In this document: positions 13,986 to 21,843 of the stretch, one piece after another
How positions within the stretch are numbered: position 1 is the stretch's first letter
Layout: each line of letters begins with the position of its first letter
Origin: Vibrio phage Rocket24
Strand: one strand, 5' to 3'
Sequence record: OQ079156.1
DNA: 32,000 nucleotides
Program-made: the position numbers and the translations under genes
Notes under the pieces: generated by a model
What the model saw: the letters and a program-made list of their open reading frames with translations, nothing else
Databases searched by the model: none
Told to the model about the DNA's origin: nothing

Positions 13986-14577
13986 GCCTATTGATATGGA
14001 GCTATCCGCTAGTTTCGTGGCTAAAGCAGCTAACGATGAAGAAGATTCTCCATTGGTAATTAAGGGGTACGCTAACACAGTCAATAAAGACCGTGCAGGC
14101 GACGTAATCCCTAAAGACGCATGGCTAGGTAAGGATGCTCTTCCTAACTATGAAAAGAACCCAATCATTCTTGCATTCCATAATCACTCTATGCCAATCG
14201 GTAAGATGGTCAGTTATGAAGTAACCGACGAAGGTCTACAGATTGAAGCAGAGATTAGCAAAGCAGCAGGGCCTGTATACCAGCTAATCAAAGACGGTAT
14301 CCTAAAAACGTTTAGTGTAGGTTTCCGTTGTCTAGATGCTGAATGGAAGAAAGACGAAGATATTTATTTAATTAAAGAACTCGAACTATACGAAGTATCG
14401 GTAGTTTCTGTTCCATGTAATCAGGACTCAACATTTGAAGTATCTAAGAGTCTAAACTCTTCTGATTACAATGAATTTAGAAAACAACTTCAAGCAAAGG
14501 CTAGCAAGCCGAGCGAAACTAACGAAGTTGACGTGTTAGAAAAGCTAGCCATCGAGCTAGGAGTTATTAAAGGATAA
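13972..14577 (+). CDS. Prohead protease, HK97 (S78) type
   Basis: VIKGYANT...DRAGDVI, AFHNHSMPIGK, FSVGF motifs. Confidence 0.92.
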   Translation: MKLNKPIDMELSASFVAKAANDEEDSPLVIKGYANTVNKDRAGDVIPKDAWLGKDALPNYEKNPIILAFHNHSMPIGKMVSYEVTDEGLQIEAEISKAAGPVYQLIKDGILKTFSVGFRCLDAEWKKDEDIYLIKELELYEVSVVSVPCNQDSTFEVSKSLNSSDYNEFRKQLQAKASKPSETNEVDVLEKLAIELGVIKG

Positions 14578-14584
14578 GCAAATT

Positions 14585-15982
14585 ATGCCAATGACAGCAG
14601 AACAAATCGCAGAACTACAAGAAAAACTAGGTATCAAAACAGTTGTAGACGCAGCTAAAGCAATTACTGATAAAGCTGAAGCAGAAGCTAAAGAAAAAGC
14701 TGAAAAAGCTCGAAAAGAAGCTGAAGATGCACGCGTTAAAGCTCTTGTAGATGAAGCTACTGGCGAACAAAAAGAAAAACTAGAGACAGCTCTAGCACTT
14801 ATTAAAGGTCTTTCGGATAAACTTGAAGAAGGTGACGTAGACGGCTTCGCTAAATCAGTAGAAGACACCCAAAACCAAATCAAGTCAGTACGTGACGAAG
14901 TAGCTCAACTAATGAATGCTCGCGAAGGTAAAAACTCAATCGCAGTAGCAGTTGGTAAGGCATTCAAACTTGAATCTCAAACTGATTTCGAAGAAGAAGC
15001 TGAAAAAGCTGTTCTACTTTCTTTCATTACTAAGAAAGGCGTATTCGAAACAGATTTTGGTGCTAAACTAGAAAAAGCAGTAAACGATAGTTCATCTATC
15101 CAAGTTTCTAGCGAAAACTACGAAACAGTATTCTCAAATCGTATCCTACGTGACATTCAGAAACTACTAGTTGTTGGTGCTATGTTCCAAGAACTACCAA
15201 TGTCAAGTAAGAAACTAACAATGCAAATCGAACCTGATGCACAAGATGCAACATGGGTAGATGCATCAACTTACGGTAAAGAAACTACTGTAGGTAACGA
15301 AATCAAAGTTGCACTAACTGATATCACATTCAGTACATTCAAACTAGCAGCTAAAGCTTACATGACAGACGAAACTGAAGAAGACGCAATCACTGCACTT
15401 CTACCAATTATCCGTCGTCACCTAATCGAAGCTCACGTACAAGCTATAGAGAAAGCATTCATGGGTGGTGAAGATACAGCTCCAGTAGGTAAACCAACTG
15501 GTCTATTGACTTTCGCTAAAATTGACAACAAACGTATTGCAACTACAGCAACACACGACGGTTCTGCTAAAGTAACTGCTAAAATGATTCATCAGCTACG
15601 TCGTCAACTAGGTCTTAAAGGTCTACGTCTAGATGCTCTAGCTCTAATCGTTTCAATGGACGCTTACTACGATCTTCTAGAAGATGACGAGTGGCAAGAC
15701 ATTAACCAAGTAGGCGCTAGCGCTTCGGTTAAACTACAAGGTCAACTTGGTCGTATCTACGGTATGCCAGTAGTTGTTTCTAGCTACTTCCCAGCTAAAG
15801 CAACTAAGAAAGAGTTCTGTGCAATCGTTTATCGTAACGAATTCGTAGTTCCTCGCCAACGTCAGGTGACAGTTGAGTACGAACGTCGTGCTTCAGAACA
15901 GCGTGATGCGTACTACGTAACACAACGTCTGAACCTACAACGCTACTTCACTGGTAACGTAGTTTCAGGTACATACGCTTAA
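14585..15982 (+). CDS. Major capsid protein, HK97 fold, with N-terminal scaffold-like delta region (465 aa)
   Basis: Coiled-coil-rich N-terminus, then a capsid core; sits directly after the protease. Confidence 0.93.
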   Translation: MPMTAEQIAELQEKLGIKTVVDAAKAITDKAEAEAKEKAEKARKEAEDARVKALVDEATGEQKEKLETALALIKGLSDKLEEGDVDGFAKSVEDTQNQIKSVRDEVAQLMNAREGKNSIAVAVGKAFKLESQTDFEEEAEKAVLLSFITKKGVFETDFGAKLEKAVNDSSSIQVSSENYETVFSNRILRDIQKLLVVGAMFQELPMSSKKLTMQIEPDAQDATWVDASTYGKETTVGNEIKVALTDITFSTFKLAAKAYMTDETEEDAITALLPIIRRHLIEAHVQAIEKAFMGGEDTAPVGKPTGLLTFAKIDNKRIATTATHDGSAKVTAKMIHQLRRQLGLKGLRLDALALIVSMDAYYDLLEDDEWQDINQVGASASVKLQGQLGRIYGMPVVVSSYFPAKATKKEFCAIVYRNEFVVPRQRQVTVEYERRASEQRDAYYVTQRLNLQRYFTGNVVSGTYA

Positions 15983-15996
15983 TAGCGTAGATCATT

Positions 15997-16030
15997 AAGG
16001 GGTGAGAGCTTATTGCTCCACCCCTTTTTC
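15997..16030 (+). terminator. Rho-independent terminator after the capsid gene
   Basis: AAGGGGTG-A-GAGC-TTATT-GCTC-CACCCCTT then TTTCTTT. Confidence 0.85.
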
Positions 16031-16045
16031 TTTATGGGGAATACG

Positions 16046-16588
16046 ATGGCAGAAATAATTACAATTGATGAATATAAAGCGTTTGCTAGTATTGAAGGTA
16101 AGAAGAATGACCCTCAAATTGCAGCACTTATTAAATCATGTTCTGAGATAGTACAAGAATTCATTGGCTACCCTCTTACCGCTACTGGTGATATAGAGGC
16201 CACCATCAGAACAAGAGCGCATACCACCGAGTATATGCTCCCTAACTTTGAGATGGACGTCTCCGATGTTAAATACATACCTAGGGGTGACGATGCATCA
16301 AGCGGAGTATCTCTAGACAAACATGACTACTATGTTTCCGATACAGGTAAGCTAGAGTTGTACTCTTTAGTTCCGAATAATGGAGATAATATTCTAATAT
16401 CTTATAGTATTGCTGCACCAGATTTAGAGTCTATCAAGTTAGCAACTATGTTGTTAGTTAAGTATTATTATAAAGAAGAATTTAATAAAACATCAGTAGG
16501 CGCAGGTGGTCAGACAGTATCCTACCAAACAGGGAAGAACTTCCCGCCACACGTACGTGCTATTTTGATGATGCATAGGATGTTCTAA
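16046..16588 (+). CDS. Head-tail connector (start trimmed to MAEIITIDEYK...)
   Basis: Gp6-like adaptor pattern and GGGGA RBS; the track start overlaps the terminator. Confidence 0.75.
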   Translation: MAEIITIDEYKAFASIEGKKNDPQIAALIKSCSEIVQEFIGYPLTATGDIEATIRTRAHTTEYMLPNFEMDVSDVKYIPRGDDASSGVSLDKHDYYVSDTGKLELYSLVPNNGDNILISYSIAAPDLESIKLATMLLVKYYYKEEFNKTSVGAGGQTVSYQTGKNFPPHVRAILMMHRMF

Positions 16589-17334
16589 TGGCTATTTCTC
16601 AGATGTTGGAAAATATTATACGACGCGAGTTAGACGACCGATCTAGTAAGGGTACTAAAAGGCAAGTTAAGTATGATGTGCAAACCGACGATACTAGGGA
16701 AGAGTCTAACATAGCTACTATAAGTTTTAAATTCAGCAAACCTCTAGCACAAGCAGAAGCCTCTGATAGGGGTAAAAATGTACTAGCTGGGGTTGCAAAA
16801 AATCTCAATACACATCAACTAGGTATAGTTGATGCTATCCTAGCACAATATGGCTTGACCAAGTCTGTTGGAAGAAAGAGGGCTAGGGGTACTGTAAATG
16901 TTCGTTTAGGTGATTACTTAGAGGAAGGTAGATCCTTGGGTGTCAATACTGTAAAAGGTAAAATGATTTCCCAAACCAACCTACGCTCCCTTCTAGAAAT
17001 TCTAGCTAAAGATTATTTAATTAGAGATATGAAGAAAGCAAATGCGCCACTTAAATACAGAACTGGTAGATTTGCTAACTCACTAGATGTGCGTTCTGTA
17101 AGAATTCAGGATACTGATACTGGTCGCAAACCAGAACTATCTATATTCTACAATTATATGACCTATCCTTACGCTACTTTCGATCCTAAGAAGTCTACTA
17201 GACCTGCTATGTATAATCGTCCATCCTATGGTGCTCGTAACCCTCAAGTACTCATCGGAGACGCACTGGCTAAGGCTGCTAGAGATATAATTCATTCTAG
17301 GTATAGAATAGATATTAGAGAGGCATTACAATGA
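16588..17334 (+). CDS. Tail completion/head-tail joining protein (248 aa)
   Basis: Position and translational coupling. Confidence 0.65.
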   Translation: MAISQMLENIIRRELDDRSSKGTKRQVKYDVQTDDTREESNIATISFKFSKPLAQAEASDRGKNVLAGVAKNLNTHQLGIVDAILAQYGLTKSVGRKRARGTVNVRLGDYLEEGRSLGVNTVKGKMISQTNLRSLLEILAKDYLIRDMKKANAPLKYRTGRFANSLDVRSVRIQDTDTGRKPELSIFYNYMTYPYATFDPKKSTRPAMYNRPSYGARNPQVLIGDALAKAARDIIHSRYRIDIREALQ

Positions 17335-17816
17335 CACACAGAACGAGTATACGTGATAAGATAGTCGATACTCTAAAATCAGAACTTACAGACTCAAATC
17401 AAGATACTTATTATACTGACATCGACATGAATGTTAGTGGTGAGAATCTGTATCTTGATCAGGTAGAATACTTTCCTGCACTTACTGTGGCGTTAGGTCC
17501 TGAACGCCCAGAATACCAGCCAGGAGGTTTTAGGTGGATGTACCTTACTCTAGTTATAAGAGCGTATGTTAAGTCCGAAGACAGAGCAGACGAAGAATTA
17601 GAGCTACTAATCCAAGATATAAAAACCTTTATTGACACTCACGAAGATATAGAATATACTATAACTACTCCAAAAGGAGTTCAAAAACAGCTCCACGCTA
17701 CCGAAATGACTATACTAAGCATTAATACAGATGAAGGTGTTCTAAATCCTATGGGTATAGGTGAGGTGGCTATAGAAATTAGATACCAGGACAGAAATGT
17801 TAGATTTATTAAATAA
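17331..17816 (+). CDS. Tail terminator protein, T5 p143-like (161 aa)
   Basis: Size and position just before the tube protein; tail-terminator-like sequence. Confidence 0.7.
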   Translation: MTHRTSIRDKIVDTLKSELTDSNQDTYYTDIDMNVSGENLYLDQVEYFPALTVALGPERPEYQPGGFRWMYLTLVIRAYVKSEDRADEELELLIQDIKTFIDTHEDIEYTITTPKGVQKQLHATEMTILSINTDEGVLNPMGIGEVAIEIRYQDRNVRFIK

Positions 17817-17830
17817 GGAGTCTGCACTAA

Positions 17831-19276
17831 ATGTCAGTCCAACTATTACGTAATACTAGATTATGGGCTAGTATAGCAAAGCCAGGTGAAACACTTGATA
17901 AGACCAATACTTGGGAGGTCTTAATCCAAGAGGACTTTGCGTTCAACCAAGACGGTAACTCTACCGATATTAACTTAGATGAAGCAGGCCCACGCCCAAC
18001 TCGTGGTTCTAAGAGATTCAATGATAATCTAAACCCTGCTGACTGGAACTTTTCTACATACCTACGCCCATACTTGAGCGATTCTGGTACTAAGAATAAC
18101 TCGGCAGATGACGTAGTTCTAACCCCAGACTACACCTTGTGGCACTGTCTAGCTAGTGGATCTCCTGTAGATGTTACTAACGAAGACGGAGTTAAGGCTA
18201 ACTCTACAAACATGTTAGTAAGTTTCAAAGACAACCAGTACCACCAACTTAATACACTTACACTGTTCTACTTAGTTGATAACGTATGGTATAAAATCCA
18301 CGACGTACAAATCAACCAAGCAGAAATCAGCATTGATATTGAAGGTATTGGTATGACAGCTTGGTCTGGTCAAGGTACTAAGGTAGAGCCTCTAGGTACT
18401 ACTCAACCTTTCGATCCTAACTCAGCAGACTTTACGTTCCCTGATGATGTATTTGAAACAGCTCCTTATATTAAGAATAAGTTAACTACTTTATTCATTA
18501 AAGATAATAAGGACGATGTTAAGTACGATATTCCTATTACTGGTGGTTCTATTACTATCAATAACAATATCAGCTACTTGACACCAAATACTCTATCGCG
18601 TTTAGACCTACCTATTGGTTCATTCACAGGAACATTCGAAGTTTCAGGTAGCCTAGAAGCTTACCTACGTAACAAAGAGCCTGGCGACTCTCAAGATCGT
18701 GCAGCAGAGTTACTAAACAAAATGATTACCGACAGAAGTATTACTAATAGCTTCCAGATTGGTATCTGTTTAGGTGGTGTATACCCGAACGCTAATGCAA
18801 GTACAGTAACTAAAGCGCCAGGTGTTGTAGTTGTTCTACCAACTGCTCACTTATCTGTTCCATCTACTGAGACAGCCGACGTACTTGGTACAAGTATTGA
18901 GTTCAAAGGTATTCCTACAGAACTAGATGCAGGTGATGAAGTTTACTTAGGTATGAGTCCAGAATACACTGCAGCTCAAATCCAAGCTCTTATTGAGCGT
19001 GGCGATGGTGCTAGACTTTCCGCTCCACCAGGCATTACCACACAGCCCGCTAACCAAACACTAACTACAGGTGAGCAGTTGCAGCTATCAGTGGTAGCTT
19101 CTGATGCTTCGCGTTACCAATGGTATAAAGATGATGCCCCTATTAGTGGTGCTACAGCTTCAACATATACTAAGAGTTCCGCAGCACTATCAGACGGTGG
19201 TAAGTACTACGTAGAAGCTTACAATAGCGAAGGTAGTAAAACTACTAGTAACACAATCACAGTTACTGTTAGTTAA
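17831..19276 (+). CDS. Major tail tube protein, T5 pb6-like, with C-terminal Ig-like domain (481 aa)
   Basis: C-terminus PPGITTQPANQTLTTGEQLQLSVVASDASRYQWYKDDAPISG...YYVEAYNSEG is a typical Ig-like module. Confidence 0.88.
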   Translation: MSVQLLRNTRLWASIAKPGETLDKTNTWEVLIQEDFAFNQDGNSTDINLDEAGPRPTRGSKRFNDNLNPADWNFSTYLRPYLSDSGTKNNSADDVVLTPDYTLWHCLASGSPVDVTNEDGVKANSTNMLVSFKDNQYHQLNTLTLFYLVDNVWYKIHDVQINQAEISIDIEGIGMTAWSGQGTKVEPLGTTQPFDPNSADFTFPDDVFETAPYIKNKLTTLFIKDNKDDVKYDIPITGGSITINNNISYLTPNTLSRLDLPIGSFTGTFEVSGSLEAYLRNKEPGDSQDRAAELLNKMITDRSITNSFQIGICLGGVYPNANASTVTKAPGVVVVLPTAHLSVPSTETADVLGTSIEFKGIPTELDAGDEVYLGMSPEYTAAQIQALIERGDGARLSAPPGITTQPANQTLTTGEQLQLSVVASDASRYQWYKDDAPISGATASTYTKSSAALSDGGKYYVEAYNSEGSKTTSNTITVTVS

Positions 19277-19290
19277 TTAAGAGGATAACT

Positions 19291-20175
19291 ATGTCATACA
19301 CTCTACAAAAAGAGTGCAAGATAGTGTTAATCTATAAAGGTACAGGGTATCTATTCGATGCCCTTACCCAGTTTGACTTTAACCAGACTTTCAATAGATC
19401 GTCTGGTTCTAGAAAGACTCTGCACTCAAAGAAAGCAAAACCATATACTTATGCTAATTCAAAAAACTCAGCTACGTTTAGCTTCGGTGTATTAGGTACT
19501 AAGAGCTTTTCGGAAGGTGTATTATTCGAATTGGCTGGCCTAACTAAGCTACACGCCAATGTATATGAATATGGTGACGAATTAGGTATATCACCTGAGT
19601 TTTGTGATATATTTATAGTTACTAAGGCTGGCACACATAAAGTATCCAAAGCAGCGGTACAGTCACTAGAAGTATCACTAGCACTAAGTGAACCACTAGC
19701 TTTTGATGTATCATTTACTGCTAGTAGTATTAAAAGAGTATCTGGTATAGATTTATCTTCTGGGTTAATAGAGCAAGGTGAGCCGTTATTACCTACTCCT
19801 ATACAATATAGAATAAATAATATTCTTAATAACTCAGTAATAAATGCAGGTATATCTTTACAGCAATCCATAGACTGGAGGGCTGACAGAGGATTGCATG
19901 ACATAGGTAATTTATATGTACCTAAACATGCAGTACTAACGGATAGGAGTTATGGTATGAATGTAAATACGTATCTAAATACCAAATACCCTACTCCAGA
20001 AGAAGCTTATTACGCAAATCTAGAATTATATAAATCTGGATTATATCTCTCATTAGGAGATGCATTGGTAACACACAGAGTAGCTCCTGCGGATGTATTT
20101 ACAGAAGCACAAGATGTTACTATAACTGACAAAACAAATAAAATTATCGTGGAATATGGAGGATATTTAATATGA
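19291..20175 (+). CDS. Baseplate/tail tube-like protein, T5 p140-like (294 aa)
   Basis: Position between tube and chaperones; size similar to recalled T5 p140. Confidence 0.7.
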   Translation: MSYTLQKECKIVLIYKGTGYLFDALTQFDFNQTFNRSSGSRKTLHSKKAKPYTYANSKNSATFSFGVLGTKSFSEGVLFELAGLTKLHANVYEYGDELGISPEFCDIFIVTKAGTHKVSKAAVQSLEVSLALSEPLAFDVSFTASSIKRVSGIDLSSGLIEQGEPLLPTPIQYRINNILNNSVINAGISLQQSIDWRADRGLHDIGNLYVPKHAVLTDRSYGMNVNTYLNTKYPTPEEAYYANLELYKSGLYLSLGDALVTHRVAPADVFTEAQDVTITDKTNKIIVEYGGYLI

Positions 20176-20582
20176 AATTAAGTCTATCAGCATTAGCACT
20201 TAACTCAAAAACAGCAGAGTTTGACTTCCCAGGTATCGTAGGATTTAAAGTACGTCTTACTTATCTATCAAGAGAGGCTAGACGTAAGATTCAGGAAAAA
20301 TGTAAAGTTCAGAAATATGATGAAACTTCTGGTCTTCCATACATGGATCTAGATGTAGAGAAATATACAGAAGAATACGTGAAAGCAACAATCAATGGCT
20401 GGACAGGGTTAACGCTAGAGAACGTAGCTAACCTAATGCTTATCGATCAATCTCAAGTAGAAGACCCTAAAGCTGAAATCGATTTTGACATTGATACTGC
20501 TACACAGCTTGTTAAGTTATCTGAGAAATTTGATAACTGGGTTAGTGCTAAGTTGGCACAAATCGAGAACTTTCGAAACTGA
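20172..20582 (+). CDS. Tail assembly chaperone, upstream frame
   Basis: Position before the tape measure; overlaps the next ORF in another frame. Confidence 0.8.
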   Translation: MKLSLSALALNSKTAEFDFPGIVGFKVRLTYLSREARRKIQEKCKVQKYDETSGLPYMDLDVEKYTEEYVKATINGWTGLTLENVANLMLIDQSQVEDPKAEIDFDIDTATQLVKLSEKFDNWVSAKLAQIENFRN

Positions 20583-20985
20583 GAGACGGAAACTTCTATT
20601 CGAATCTCTCGATAAATATTTCGATAAACAGAATGGTTTCTCTAAATCTAAGTATATAAATATATGTATGCAACTTGGAGAGAAGCCAGACCCTAAGAGA
20701 ATGCCTATAGATTTCTCAGACTTTCCACCACTAGTGAGAGATGCTATAGAAATCTTTAATAGACTAGGTGACAGGTACACTAGTACTGATCTTGGACCAC
20801 TTTATATTGGTAAAGATATATCAACATTAGATTTCTTATATAATATTTATGAGATTCATGATGTAGAAGATAGAAAATTAACACTAGAGATAGTACAGCA
20901 CCTAGATAGTAAAATAGTTAAACAAGCAGTTAGTAAATGGAAAACAGAAGCCAAAAAGCTAAAAGCAAAGGCTAAACACCACTAG
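20485..20985 (+). CDS. Tail assembly chaperone, downstream frame, probably made by programmed frameshift
   Basis: +1-frame ORF with no plausible start or RBS; 98-nt overlap. Confidence 0.75.
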   Translation: MTLILLHSLLSYLRNLITGLVLSWHKSRTFETERRKLLFESLDKYFDKQNGFSKSKYINICMQLGEKPDPKRMPIDFSDFPPLVRDAIEIFNRLGDRYTSTDLGPLYIGKDISTLDFLYNIYEIHDVEDRKLTLEIVQHLDSKIVKQAVSKWKTEAKKLKAKAKHH

Positions 20986-21005
20986 CTACTTAACCGAGTC
21001 CTCAC

Positions 21006-21051
21006 GGGCATTCCACGAGCTTGCTCTGGGTGTAATGCCCAGAGCTTTTTT
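21006..21051 (+). terminator. Terminator GCTCTGGG-TGTAATG-CCCAGAGC-TTTTTT with competing upstream fold
   Basis: Terminator stem 21023-21030/21038-21045; alternative stem GGGCATT 21006-21012/AATGCCC 21034-21040. Confidence 0.85.
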
Positions 21052-21066
21052 CGTATGGAGAAAACA

Positions 21067-21828
21067 ATGATTAAAGACCTAAAAACATATATTGAAACCG
21101 TGAACAAATCAGCAACATCTTCTGTATCAGGAGCAGAAGATACTAAAGTAGAAACATTGCGTCAAGCAGTATTAAAAGGTAGCTGGTTACTTCCATTGCT
21201 GCCTAATATTACTATGACTGGTAAATTTACTGATATTCCTTTCATCCACCTACCTGACGATGATGACACTACTTTCCGAGTAGGTGGCATTCAAGTAACA
21301 AAAGAATTACTAGCAGCACAAGCAGTATTAGTAGATGATACAGTAGAAGATTCTAGCCCTAACCTAGAAACAGCCCTAGATAGAATTCTTATCTCTCAAG
21401 CACGTCTTAAAGTAGAAAACTATATTGCCGACCAAATGTCTGCTATAACAGCTACAGCAGGTGTTGCCTCTTCTAAGTCGTTTTCTACAATTGTAGAGTT
21501 AATTAAGAAATTCCCTAACCAAATGTTAGCTATCGAAGGTAAATTCGTAGCAGTGGTATCTCCTATGACACACTTCACTATTCTGTCAACAATGGATAAC
21601 GCACACAGAGAGATGGTAAAATCTGGTATCATTACTCTAGTACCGGCATTAGGTATGGAAGACGATGCCCTAATTATGTTCCATACTCAGGGTGTAGCGT
21701 TAGGTTATACTATCAATGGTATTGAGAAAGACCGAGATGGAGCTAGCCAAAAAGACAACCTAATAGTTCAAGCAACAGCAGGCTTTGGATACGATAGCGA
21801 TTACATCAAACACGTAAAACTAAGCTAA
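21067..21828 (+). CDS. Protein with possible capsid-like C-terminal pattern (253 aa; start trimmed)
   Basis: GGAG RBS before ATG 21067; ...VVSPMTHFTIL...GVALGYTINGIEKDRDGASQKDNLIVQATAGFGYDSD resembles coat-protein C-termini by eye. Confidence 0.7.
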   Translation: MIKDLKTYIETVNKSATSSVSGAEDTKVETLRQAVLKGSWLLPLLPNITMTGKFTDIPFIHLPDDDDTTFRVGGIQVTKELLAAQAVLVDDTVEDSSPNLETALDRILISQARLKVENYIADQMSAITATAGVASSKSFSTIVELIKKFPNQMLAIEGKFVAVVSPMTHFTILSTMDNAHREMVKSGIITLVPALGMEDDALIMFHTQGVALGYTINGIEKDRDGASQKDNLIVQATAGFGYDSDYIKHVKLS

Positions 21829-21843
21829 TAAACGGGAGTTTAT

